Shown here piece after piece: positions 1 to 12,475 of a DNA stretch of 64,000 nucleotides. How positions within the stretch are numbered: the first letter of the stretch is position 1; the number at the start of each line of letters is the position of its first letter. This stretch comes from the human T2T-CHM13v2.0 reference genome, Homo sapiens: the NCBI RefSeq assembly GCF_009914755.1, contig NC_060931.1. The stretch is one strand, 5' to 3'. The position numbers were made by a program, and so were the translations under genes. The notes beneath the pieces are model-generated. The model did not search any database and was not told the DNA's origin. It worked only from the letters and a program-made list of their open reading frames with translations.

Positions 1-609
1 CAACATATTATTTTTTAAGAGTTATCAAGTGTTCAAGAGCTAACATTTGGCTTAGAGTAAGCCTATTCATATGCCAAATAATTTGGATGAAGTACAGAAA
101 CCTATTGCTTTGGGTCTTCAAATGGATGATCTTAACAAAGTATGATTCTCTGTGTTTCTTTATTGCATGTTATGGGCCATGAATTTGTTCCCTGCTTTAC
201 TGATGTCCTCCTAATTGCTTGATATCTAAGAATACTTATCTGTAATTCACTGCCATATTAAAAATACGAAACAAAGCTGTCCTGTAACAAGAAGGTCCAT
301 TTAGCCTTCTGAAAAGTAACAAAAATGAAAACAAAAAGGAGCAGGAGCTTTAAATTTGTTCTAAATACAGGACCATTTGAGGGCCAAGAGAATTAATTTA
401 TATTTTTAAACATTATTTTATAAATATATTTTGTTGTTGATTTTTTATATTTAGTCTGCTAAGATTATAGATTTAAAATAGTGAGTTTTACCAGGATCTT
501 TAATGATTCTTGTTGCCTATCAAGCAGAATTCTTTGAGCACAGTATTTATCAGAACTTCTCCTGAGATTGAAGATCATGTATACTTTCTTCTAGGCCTGT
601 GCTTAGTCT

Positions 610-665
610 AAGAGAGAGAGAAAGAGAAAGAGAGAGAGAGAGAGAGAGAGAATATATATATATAT
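610..665. repeat. Compound (GA)n/(TA)n microsatellite
   Basis: agagagagagaaagagaaagagagagagag...aatatatatatatat. Confidence 0.95.
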
Positions 666-964
666 CAATTAAATGTGATTGTACTAGACATTTTCAGAAG
701 AAATTATCAGGAAACGTTGTTACTGAATTCTATATCCAGGTCTGATTCAGACAATCTGAGGATCACCTTTTGGACCACAATGTATAGAAAAATACTTCCT
801 GCAGAGGGTTATGTGAGAAGTTGCTACTCTAGAGCTGAAAAGGGCTTTCACATTCTTAGGGCATTTATTCTAAGAAACAGGACAGTGTTATGATTATTGG
901 TGGAATGAGGATGCACTGATTTGGAATTGTAGTAGAAAGTGGATGAGTAACATAGATGCGAGAT

Positions 965-1190
965 GGCAGCACATAGTTGGGAATGCAGACTATCTGGGTT
1001 CAAATTCTGACCCAGTCACTAATTAGCTTTGTGACCTTGAGCAAGTCGCTAAACCTCTCTGTACTTTGGTTTCCTCATGTGATATATGGGGATGATAATG
1101 ATCAGTACCACCTTTTATAAGGTTGTTGTAAGGATTAAGCTTGTTAATACATGTAAAGTTATTAGAAAATCCTCTGGCGTATAGCTAGTA
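965..1190 (+). mobile_element. MIR SINE
   Basis: MIR core: ctgggttcaaattctgac...gtgaccttgagcaagtcgctaaacctctctgtac...gtttcctcat. Confidence 0.8.
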
Positions 1191-1640
1191 TATATGAATG
1201 ACTATTATCATGAGTCGTTATGAAGTTTGTCTTGGTGCATACTTTACCCAGGTAATAGTCTGTGCTTTCTGGAATTACATCATCTCTGCATCTCTGTGCT
1301 AATTAAAGCCTACATGTCTAGTAACATTCATTCTCCGTCTTCCATTTTTTAAAAAAATGTCTCTGAAAGGTTTATAAAAATATACTTGATTGAGAATTAC
1401 AGGCATTCTCCCAAGAATATTTACATTTTAACCAGGACTGTGCCATGATTAAGACAAAGGAAAGGTCCAAAGTATTACGAGTTTTGACCCAAGTTGCCAT
1501 CCATCCTACTCCATCTCTTGATGCTTATCTTAGCGGGGGTAATTAGTGAGAAAAGAAAAATGTAAAGCAAGTTCCTCATGAATCCCTTATTAACTTTGAA
1601 CAGGACTCAGTCTGAGATATTATCTCATTTAAGACTTCTC

Positions 1641-1920
1641 GGGTCAGGCATGGTGGGTCACACCTATAATCGAAGACCAGAAGAGAGACTGGAGGATCAC
1701 TTGAGCCCAGGAGTTCGAGACCAGCCTAGGCAACATACGGAGACTCTCTCTACAGATAATAAAAAATTAGCCGGGCTTGGCGTGTGCCTGCAGTCTCAGC
1801 TACTGGGAAGGTTGAGGCGGGAGGATGGCTTGGGCCCAGGAGGTGGAGGTTGCAGTGAGCCGTGATCACACCACTGCACTCCAGCCTGGGCAAGAGAGTG
1901 AGACTCTGTCTCAAAAAACA
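1641..1920 (+). mobile_element. AluJ
   Basis: J-type ggaggatcacttgagcccaggagttcgag; perfect 10-bp target site duplication (TSD) aagacttctc at 1631-1640 and 1921-1930. Confidence 0.93.
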
Positions 1921-2864
1921 AAGACTTCTCTACTATTCTAAGATGCAGATAGGTCAGAAGGTTGTGACCACTGACTGTATCCCACGATTACTCATTCAGA
2001 AAGTTAGCATCGTCTAACCAAAGTTTCAGAGGTGCATCCTCTTCATTCTATCATACAGAAGAAACAATGCTCAAGCAATAATTGCTTTATCGAATCCCTT
2101 ATTAGTCTATAATGTGGTCTCTGTTATGTCATTTTTTTTCTTTTAATTTAGTTCTACTAAAATGCTAACATTGTTTTCCTTCTGATTTAGCCTCACATGG
2201 GCTGCATCAGAGATTTTTAAATAAATTGTTACAGTGTTAATTAGGATTTCATGGTCAGGCTCCATTCCTTTAATAGATACGATATGATTTGGCCTTCTCT
2301 GTATCTTCAAATAAGCAGTCCTCAAACATCCTTATGATCTCTCCTGCTGCCTTAGAAGATTTGAGATAATGGAGGGATGATGAAGCAATCATACAAAATC
2401 TATTGATTCACCTTGGTGAGTATCATTTATACATCAGTGAGTACCTTGGTTGCAAAATTACCTTTGGAGTTTAAATGTCATTGCAAAGTTGTATTGGAAA
2501 GGTAATTTTGTTTTGGTAGGCCACAGGGTTTTGCTTTCTGATACTGTAAAATTTATATCTACTTGCCATTTTCATCATATAAGTGAGAGGTTTAAATGCT
2601 ATGTATTTAATGCCCCTGTCTATAAAAATGAGGATTTTTTTTTAATGGCTTTCTCAATACTACTAACTCTTATTTTTGCCGCAGTGTTGAGAAGTACGGA
2701 TTTATGATACTATAAAATGCAAAGAATAGGGTGGAAAGAAGGAACACTTCAAATATCACAGAAGCTCTGTTCCTTGAAACTTTTCTTACTTCAAGTAGGC
2801 CTTTGGATCATTTTGGACATTTCAATTATTGAGTTCTTGATATTTAGGTCAGAGGACTTATCCT

Positions 2865-3363
2865 TGAGAGGTGGGACTTGCTGGGTCAGTGAGGACTTGG
2901 AGAAATTTTCTGTAGCTAGCTAGAGGTTTGTAAAATGCACCAATCAGTGCTCTGTAAAAATGCTCCAATCGGTGCTCTGTGGCTATCTAGGGGTTTGTAA
3001 AATGCACCAATCAGTGCTCTGTAAAAACGCACCAATCAGCGCTCTGTAGCTAGCTAGAGATTTGTAAAATGGACCAATCAGCAGCCTGTAAAATGGACCA
3101 ATCAGCACACTGTAAAATGGACCAATCAGCTCTCTGTAAAATGGACCAATCAGCAGGACATGGGCGGGGACAAATAAGGGAATAAACCTGGCCACCCCAG
3201 CCAGCAGCAGCAGCAACATTTATTGTGAAGAGGGAATGCTGCTTCTCACTCTTTGGGTCCCTGCTGTCTTTAAGAGCTGTAACACTCACCACGAAGGTTG
3301 GCAGCTCCATTCTTTAAGTCAGCGAGACTGTGTACCCACCGGAAGGAACAAACTCGGGACACA
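2865..3363 (+). mobile_element. Solo LTR12 (ERV9/ERV1; LTR12F-like)
   Basis: Begins tgagaggtg, ends ggaaggaacaaactcgggacaca; tandem gtaaaatg(g/c)accaatcagc units; GC box and AATAAA-type TATA; near-TSD tcct/ccct. Confidence 0.92.
2935..3186 (+). promoter_or_regulatory. LTR12 U3 promoter module: 8 CCAAT (NF-Y) boxes, GC box gggcgggg (3162-3169), TATA-like AATAAA (3181-3186)
   Basis: Motifs counted directly; activity at this locus is unknown. Confidence 0.6.
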
Positions 3364-6259
3364 CCCTGATGGTGTGCTGGAGATAAAAGCAGTGTGTTCT
3401 GGGGAGTTGGAAGAGCAGGGGTTAGATGCTGGAGGGATTTTGCTTGACAAGTCATATTATCAAAAAACTAGTGGTCACTAATAGTTTTTTACAACTAGCT
3501 ATGTTTTTATTTCTAGTCATGAAGCAGTGCCCTAAATGCTTTAGTAAGCATAGTTAATATGCTTCCCAAAAAAAAAACCTTCCTTTTCTTTGTATTTGAA
3601 ATAATTTTCTTCCTGTAATTGCTTTTGAAGAATCTAAAAAAAAAAAAAAGCCATACTTTTAGCGTTTTTTGAAAGTATTACCAAGTTAATATGAGGCTTT
3701 TTGTTTTGTTTTTGTAAATCCAGAAAATTAATGATATTAGCAGCTTCAGAGATGTGTTAGATTTGGGAGCTCAAAAACTGTGTTAAGAGCTTGTCATTAA
3801 ACAGCCTGATTCTTGCACTATTTTTTTTAACTGCCTTTTTATATTGATAGAGACGGGATCTTGTTTGGACTTAATAACTTTCCCAAATTCACTAGGAGTC
3901 TACAGGAATTATTGTTTGTACAAATGATTCCTGGGAGAGATGTGTTTTTTTCATTCTAGAGCATTACAGTGTCATAAAGAATCCCACATTGGGCAGGAGT
4001 GGGCCAGTTCAGGTTGGCCTGTCATGCTTAATCACTGGCTAGGAGCAACCTGGGGGAAGGGCAGGAACTCCATGAGAATCCAAACAGGTGGCGCCTGTAG
4101 ACCAACCAACAGCTGTGCTCCCCAAAGCGGATTCTCTTGAAGGGAGATCTAAAGGGGGCACTTCCATGGCTGCCACACCCCTGTTAGCATGTTGGTATTT
4201 TTCAAATGAAGAACTGTGAATTTTTATCTCCTGAAATGCTAAGTGAGTATTTGACCATCTAAGGATCCCTTTTGTGATATGTTGCGCTTCATGGTGACTC
4301 CACTATGACATCACAAAACTGGGTAGATAACCTTTTATTAGCCTTTGGAAGCAAGAGGCACTGGCCACTGAGTCAGCAACCCCAACAGGAGTAGAATATG
4401 CTGTCTGTGTTCCTGCCAACACTTTGGTTCTGAAAGAAAATGCTGACTCTTGGATATTATGTCTTTCTATATAATGGAGATAAAAAGTATCAAGAAGCAA
4501 AATTCCCTTCTAAGTGTTGAATTCAAAACCATTTGTGAAGAAGGCTTTTGGAAGCAGAAAACTTTTGAAGGCCATTCTGGGTTTTCTTGTCCATTTCTTC
4601 ACACCCTAGGGTGGCCATGAAACTCAAGATCAGACCAGATCTCTTGGGGTTCCTGGAGTCACCATAAAAAATAAATTGGCTTTCTGTAGGCTATAAAATC
4701 TAAAGCTGGTTTGTCCACACTGAGGTGCCATTAAAAGAACAGTGGGCCTGGATTTTGTAGACCTGAGTTTGGAATCTGGCTCCGCCACTTACTAGTTGTG
4801 TTTTCTTGAAGATATCAGTTAGTCTCTGGGTTTGTTTCTTTGTTTGCAGAGTGCAAGAATTGGAATGGCAGTGAATGCACAGACCCTGTACAATCCTAAA
4901 ACTTAGTAATTCTGTCAGTGTCAGGGCTAAGTAATTCTAGATGATTGCAGTCCTCGAAGCCCAGCTGCCCACGTACTTAAAGCTCGTGGGAGAGATTGAT
5001 ATGTCCCCGGAGAGTCTGCCTTGCACTGGGCCTTCTTCACCTCTTCGAGTCTCCCATGCGAGGCTCAGCAGTGACTCATCATGATCACTGGAGTGGTAGG
5101 GGGCTCAGACCCTCAACTCCCAATTGTGTTCTGGACTTACAACTCTTAATGCCTTTGGCCAAGTTGTCTAACTTATCTTTAGTTTCACCAGCTGTGAAAC
5201 ACAAATAATGTGTACTTCCAGACCTGCCGCATAATCAGTGATAACACAAAAAAAGCTTTTATTATGTCAGAACCAATCTCTTCTAATTTTAATTATTACT
5301 TTGTGGCTTCTAATTTTAATAATCATTTCTGTGTAATCCTAGCCTATGTGAATCGTTTTGTGAGATGAATACAACCAAGTGGGGTCAGTGTCAAAAGGCT
5401 GCCAAGTGTCACTGCTGCTTGGGTTGCAGTATTGTCTGCAACTAGTATCTTTGAAGCTTTTGTTAAGACCATATTGGCTTCCTTAGCTCAGAGGAAGTAA
5501 AAAATCCAGACATTGGTAGTTATTTATCAAAGTGCTACATTAGGAAATGTTGTATTTATCCATATCCATAGGTTTACTAAAATAAATGTAACCTCTGAGG
5601 GCATGCAGTCATTCAGGGATCCAAAGTAGCTAGATACTTGGGTCTCTAGGCTTACAAATAAGCAAGTATCCCTCCTTGGTTTTATAAAGTTCTTGGATTA
5701 TTTCACATCACACAAATGTACCCATCCTTGGGGCCTTGAGGGCATTAACATTAATCAAAGTGAGGCAAAATTCAATTAGAAATTATCGATGCTCCCTGCA
5801 TGTTGATTTTACTAGGCAAGGAGTCTCTTTTGCAATAATCTGCTTGAACAGATGAAACTCAGATCAGGCAGGCTGAAAGCTGTCAAAGGATAAGTTTCAA
5901 ATAAGGGCAGAAAAATGAACCCGACATGGGAGCCTTCTTCACATTCATTCATAGTAGGAGTGGAGCCTGGAGCAAATCACACTCTTAACAGGTCCCCTGA
6001 AACACATCCTTTTGTAGATAAAATCTGGTTAAATGAATGCCAGGAATGACTGTCACCTTAGATTAAATGTTCCTCGGACCCGGGTACTTAACTACAATTA
6101 TGCTGTGCACGTGGAGAGAGGGGCACAATAGCAAAGGCGAATGGTATTGTGAGGCATGTATGGAAAGACAAAATTAGTCTCCATAGACCTTCCCTCTGGC
6201 TTCAACACCACCCACTGGTGGATTCTGTATGGTCACTCGCCCAGGCCATTGGAAAGCAG

Positions 6260-6470
6260 GGTGTCAGAGTGGGAAGACCCAAATGTCAAGACAGACTAGG
6301 GTCTGAATCTCAGCTATGCCATATATTTGCGTAGTGATTTTGGACAAGTTACTTAACATCGCCGTGCCTCATCTTTAAAATGGGGAAAATGGGAGTATTT
6401 TGAAGATTGGTAATATAATGTATATAGCAATTCATATAATGCCTGATATATGGTAGCATTAATACGTTAT
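6260..6470 (+). mobile_element. MIR SINE
   Basis: gacagactagggtctgaatctcagctatgcca...ttggacaagttacttaac...gtgcctc. Confidence 0.7.
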
Positions 6471-8319
6471 TTTTTAAGGAACCATTTACAACTTATATCT
6501 GCTACTGTGAATATAAGCCTTTGCATCCCTTGAAAACTTTACTTTTTTAGTCCCTTCCCTGTCACAGGAGACCTAAGTATATGAAGATGTCTTCATAGCA
6601 TCCTTAAGTTTCATTGTTGCCCGTGTTGCCAAGGCCAGCTGTAGTTGGACATGTCCTGGGATCAGGGGTTGGTTGTTGAAAGAGTAGATCATCATCTCAT
6701 AACCCATATGGACTTTGATGCTTACATATGAAGCACTGCTATGTGTGACATCATGATATCAAGTCATGGCCCAGCCATCATCCTATTTGTGGTTCCCTTA
6801 GGACATAACTGCTTTTATGGACAATGAATTTAATATGATTCCTAGTGGCAGAGGGCCAGAATGTTCATATCCCTTGCCATGCAGAATTACTCATCCATCT
6901 ATATTTTCTTGAACTCTGTTACATTTAGGTAGTGTAAGAAAGTGTGTATTCGGTGAACTGTGTGGAGAGTTAGTGTATGGGATCATTGCTTGTTGGTAGT
7001 TTTAAAAACTGTAGATGATTTGGAAAGGAAGAAGGTTTAGACTTTGACAGACTCACAAAGATAGATCAGTTCTTTCTTACTTTATGTACAATATTCCAGA
7101 GATACATGTTCTCAGTAACAGGAGGTAGTACAGATTTGGGGCTGTGATGCTTTCAAACTTTGCCAGACTCTTTCATACAATTTAATTGCACAGGCCCTTA
7201 GTTGATGGCATGAAGAAAAAGTTTTATACAGTAGATGAAATGCATGTTTATTTTTGATGTGGTTTGGTTTCCTTTCTTGGGACAACTTATGCACGTAATA
7301 TATTATATTCCTCATACCCCCATCCTTCTGCTCTTAAAGAATAGGAATCATTAGTTTAAAAACGTCTGTTTTAACTATCTTTCCATTTTCAATGATAATA
7401 TTACTAATTATGTTAATAATTCTAATCAATTAAAAATGCCGCTTAATTTTTTAAAAGAGCTTTATCATTTGATTAACATATAGGCTTCTCTTTGCTCATA
7501 TTTTTTTTTCTTTATCATCATCTCTTACTAGGCAATGGCGAAGTAGAAATGCTTGTAATAGTGCATAACAGTTATTGAACTCTTGTGATTAAGACTTCAA
7601 GAGTTCATGAAGAGGACAGAAAAATGCACCTTTGATATCTTAATCTGATCACTCTAATTGAGAAAATACACCTTAATAATTATTCAGTAAGTATATTGAC
7701 CTGATCATTCATTTGCCTTCTAATTTGGACCCTTGGTCTTGGCCCTTCTATCTCCATTTAGCTAGGTGATATATGGAGCACCCTGGACATCAGTATTCAG
7801 GGGATAGAGCACAGGCCTTTCTTCCTCTCTGGGGTCCGTTCTTCTTGTGTGTGGCGTTGCTGGTGAGCTCCATCAGGGAGCTGACAGTCCAGGCTAGTCA
7901 TAATGATGCTTTCAGATTTCTAAAGAGTCTGTAATTAAATGACATCACTGAGTCTTAAATGCATCTGCTGTGAAAGTCAGAAGGCTAAATTATCCCATTA
8001 AAGAGAGAAAAGTGTTACTTGGTATTACAGAATCCCAAGTTTATTATGCTGAGGAGTTGCTTCGGGAAGGCTATTGAAAGCCAGTTGAGCATGGAACATA
8101 GTGGGAAGATTGGGAGGCTGGAAGGCCATGTGGTTCAGAACAGGCTGTTCAAGAATCACAGCTGCACTCAGGCTAAAGTTTAAAAAAAGAAGCCATTAAA
8201 AAATTTCTTTTGCTTTCCCAAATGCAATTAACTGCTTGGCTGCTGGTTTTTATTCCTAACAGCTGTGCTGTTTCGGGCCCTCCAGAAGATATCTGCAGCT
8301 ACATGACCACAGAATAGTG

Positions 8320-8545
8320 TATTGTAGTTAATTAGAGCATGGTTTGCATGAGACCAAGGCCATGAGTTTAGTTTCCATAGGGCTAACTTCTCTAAGTTAA
8401 ATCACCAGTTAATATATCCCCAGCCTTACTTACCCGTCTTCCAGATTACTGCCTCATAGCAAAAGGCGTCTGGAGAAAGGAACTTCTATTTATCAGCCCA
8501 AGTGCCCCTGCCATTGGAATAATACCTGACAATTATGTTCTTCGG
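8320..8545 (+). mobile_element. Old tRNA-derived SINE (MamSINE1-like)
   Basis: Degraded tRNA-like head agttaattagagcatggtttgcatgagaccaaggccatgagtttagtttcc followed by a MamSINE1-like body. Confidence 0.55.
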
Positions 8546-8837
8546 GTCTGTTTGCCTACATGGGTAATTTCTAGAATTAAAGCACTATTAATTTTTCAGT
8601 TGCCAGTTGTGATGCCCCCTTTTAAATATTAAAAAAAAATCGGTATTTGATCAAATCTGAGTATTTTCAATACTCATTTTCTTTGACACTTCCATAGAAT
8701 TCAGAAATGTTTTTAATTGATTTTTTTCTTCCCATGTGTGTCTCATTTACTGTACTGTATCATAACTTAGGAGTTTTATCTTTTGATGACTTTGTAATAT
8801 AGGGATAGAGTGAAAAGACAAGGAGGAAGTGAGGTGA

Positions 8838-9301
<464 letters not shown>

Positions 9302-9404
9302 AGAAATGGATACATGTTTTATTTCCTTGGTTTCACTTTAGAAACTTTGAAAAATATTCTTACTTCATACTTCAACTTCTTTCCAGTATACCAACTATAT
9401 CAAT

Positions 9405-9795
9405 AAAGGGTTCTATTTGGTAAATAAAATAAACCAATACAAAAAAGCAGAACTTTTAAGCAAAAGAGGTACATTTTTGGAGGACACTAGAATGTCTCGT
9501 AGAATCTAACCCTTTGGAAGGACAAAAACCAGGGCAGCACTGGGGGCCTCAGCAGGAGTCGTCTGCAAATCTTCTCTCTGGGTCATTACGGAGACCCAGT
9601 CATTACAAGACCCAGTTATCGCTAACTCCCAAGCCCCAGGTCTCTCACTTTGGCCAGGGGTCTGCTGATACTGTGCACATCACCTAGAGCAAAGGCAAGG
9701 CCATGAGACAGAAAACATGGTTTCAGAGTCCACCCTGCTGGATGCTGTGGATCCTTCTCTGAGAAAGGAGACTGGATATGCCACCCAAAAACTAT
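9405..9795. mobile_element. Old MaLR LTR (MLT1-like), degraded
   Basis: General resemblance only (aagcaaaagagg...ttggagga..., agaaaacatgg). Confidence 0.35.
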
Positions 9796-10465
9796 CCATG
9801 TTGGTGGATCCAGGGTTAAAGCACAGCCCAGAACGTAACTTAGAATATTACGAAACAGGTGTCAAAGAGTTTTCCAGACCAGCATCTGTTCCAGAAATGT
9901 GAGGAAAGCTCTCAAAGCATGTTCAGTACCTGAGAAGTTTGGAATTCCAGATCAAGAGAAGCATTTTTCCTCAGGCTTAAGGCCACATAGAAGGTCTGCA
10001 CTTTGTGTCACTTTACATTTTACTGACCTTTATTCAACTGTTTGCCTCTTCTCCTCCATCTAACTGAAGGCCATGTAAGATCCAACAGTGATGATTTCAC
10101 CATCCTGGCTATTAGAAGACTTACGGTTTAAGTATCTCATATTAAATGTTTCCTCCTAATCATCCAGGCAAACAAAGTCAGAATGTATTAGTCCACTACT
10201 GTATGTTCAGCATCTGCTATGCTCAGAGTATTGTGCTAGAATTGTAGAAAACATAAGGAAGTTGAACCAGTTTCTGAATTCAAATCACTTATACTTCAGT
10301 TATCAATATAAGATATAAACAGAGAAGTAGTTGCAACTATTCTTAAAGGTTTTAAGTAAATTCCACATGATCAGTCTGTAGATGCAAAGTGCTTTAGGCG
10401 TAAAAGATTCATGAATAACAACAATAATGATAAGCAATATTTATTGAGCATTTTCTGTAAGGTAC

Positions 10466-10667
10466 TTTTTTTTTCTTGTTTTTTCTTTTCTTTTTTTTTT
10501 CTTTTCTTTTTTTTTTTTGAGTCAGTGTCTTGCCCTGTTGCCAAGGATGGAGTGCAGTGGCAGGATCATAGCTCACTGCAGCCTCTAACTCCTGGGCTGA
10601 AGTGATCCTCCCACCTCAGCCTCCCAAGTAGCTGGCACCACAAGCGTGCACCACCACAATAGGCTAA

Positions 10668-10706
<39 letters not shown>

Positions 10707-10733
10707 TGAGGTCTCCCTATATTGCCCAGGCTG
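10466..10733 (-). mobile_element. AluJ, 5'-truncated, with (TG)n at the central linker (10670-10705)
   Basis: Poly-T tail; gatcatagctcactgcagcc...gtgatcctcccacctcagcc; inserted into a MIR. Confidence 0.9.
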
Positions 10734-10824
10734 TGTCAAGTGTCAAAGCACTTTTTATGGGTTAAATCATTTAATCCCTCAACATATAGGTGGTAGTGCT
10801 TTATAGTTAAAGAGACAGGCTTAC

Positions 10825-11196
10825 TGTCTTAGTCACTTTGACCTTCTATAATAAAATACTGTAGATTGGGTGGCTTAAACAACAGACAGTTCTGGAGGCT
10901 GGACATTCAAGATCAGGATGTCAGTGTGGTCAAGTTCTGGCAGAGGCTCTTGGTGGCTTACAGACGGCCTCCTCCTTGCTGTGTCTTCACATAGGGTGCA
11001 GGGAGAGAGCAAGAGCAAGTTCCCTGCTGTTTGTTCTCATAAGGGCACTCATCCTGTTATGAGGGCTCCATCCTCATAATCTTATATAAACCTAATTAAC
11101 TCCCAGATACCCCACCTCCGTATACTCTCACACTGGGGGTTTGAGTTTCAACATACGAATTTGTGAGGATGGGGAGACCCAGTTCAATCCATAGCA
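10825..11196. mobile_element. MLT1A-like MaLR solo LTR interrupting a MIR
   Basis: tgtcttagtc...gggtggcttaaacaacaga...ttctggaggctgg...ccatagca; near 5-bp TSD cttac/cttgt; the MIR resumes at aggttaaataacttattcaaggtcacacag. Confidence 0.85.
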
Positions 11197-11265
11197 CTTG
11201 TAAAGGTTAAATAACTTATTCAAGGTCACACAGGTAGCAACCTAGATACTTCTTCCCTGTGCATA

Positions 11266-11271
<6 letters not shown>

Positions 11272-11314
<43 letters not shown>
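11272..11314. repeat. Pure (TA)21 microsatellite
   Basis: Direct read. Confidence 0.97.
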
Positions 11315-11316
<2 letters not shown>

Positions 11317-11369
11317 AATTTTCTAGAGGAAAGGGAGCTTGAATAAGGTTCATATAGCTTCTAAACACT

Positions 11370-12475
<1,106 letters not shown>

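Noticed and set aside
2925-3155. Spaced direct repeats superficially like a CRISPR array
   Set aside because: Eukaryotic LTR U3 repeats with no unique spacers and no cas genes
2983-3310. Repetitive peptides (LIGPFY)n and (ADWSILQ)n on the minus strand
   Set aside because: Antisense translation of the LTR12 CCAAT tandem units, not a repeat protein
5278-5335. Short imperfect tandem repeat cttctaattttaat (also attaagtaatat near 23831-23862)
   Set aside because: Small slippage duplications in AT-rich DNA with no sign of function
8320-8385. tRNA-like sequence
   Set aside because: Degraded head of an old SINE with no intact cloverleaf
10088-10150. C-box-like gtgatga
   Set aside because: No CTGA D box at a suitable distance
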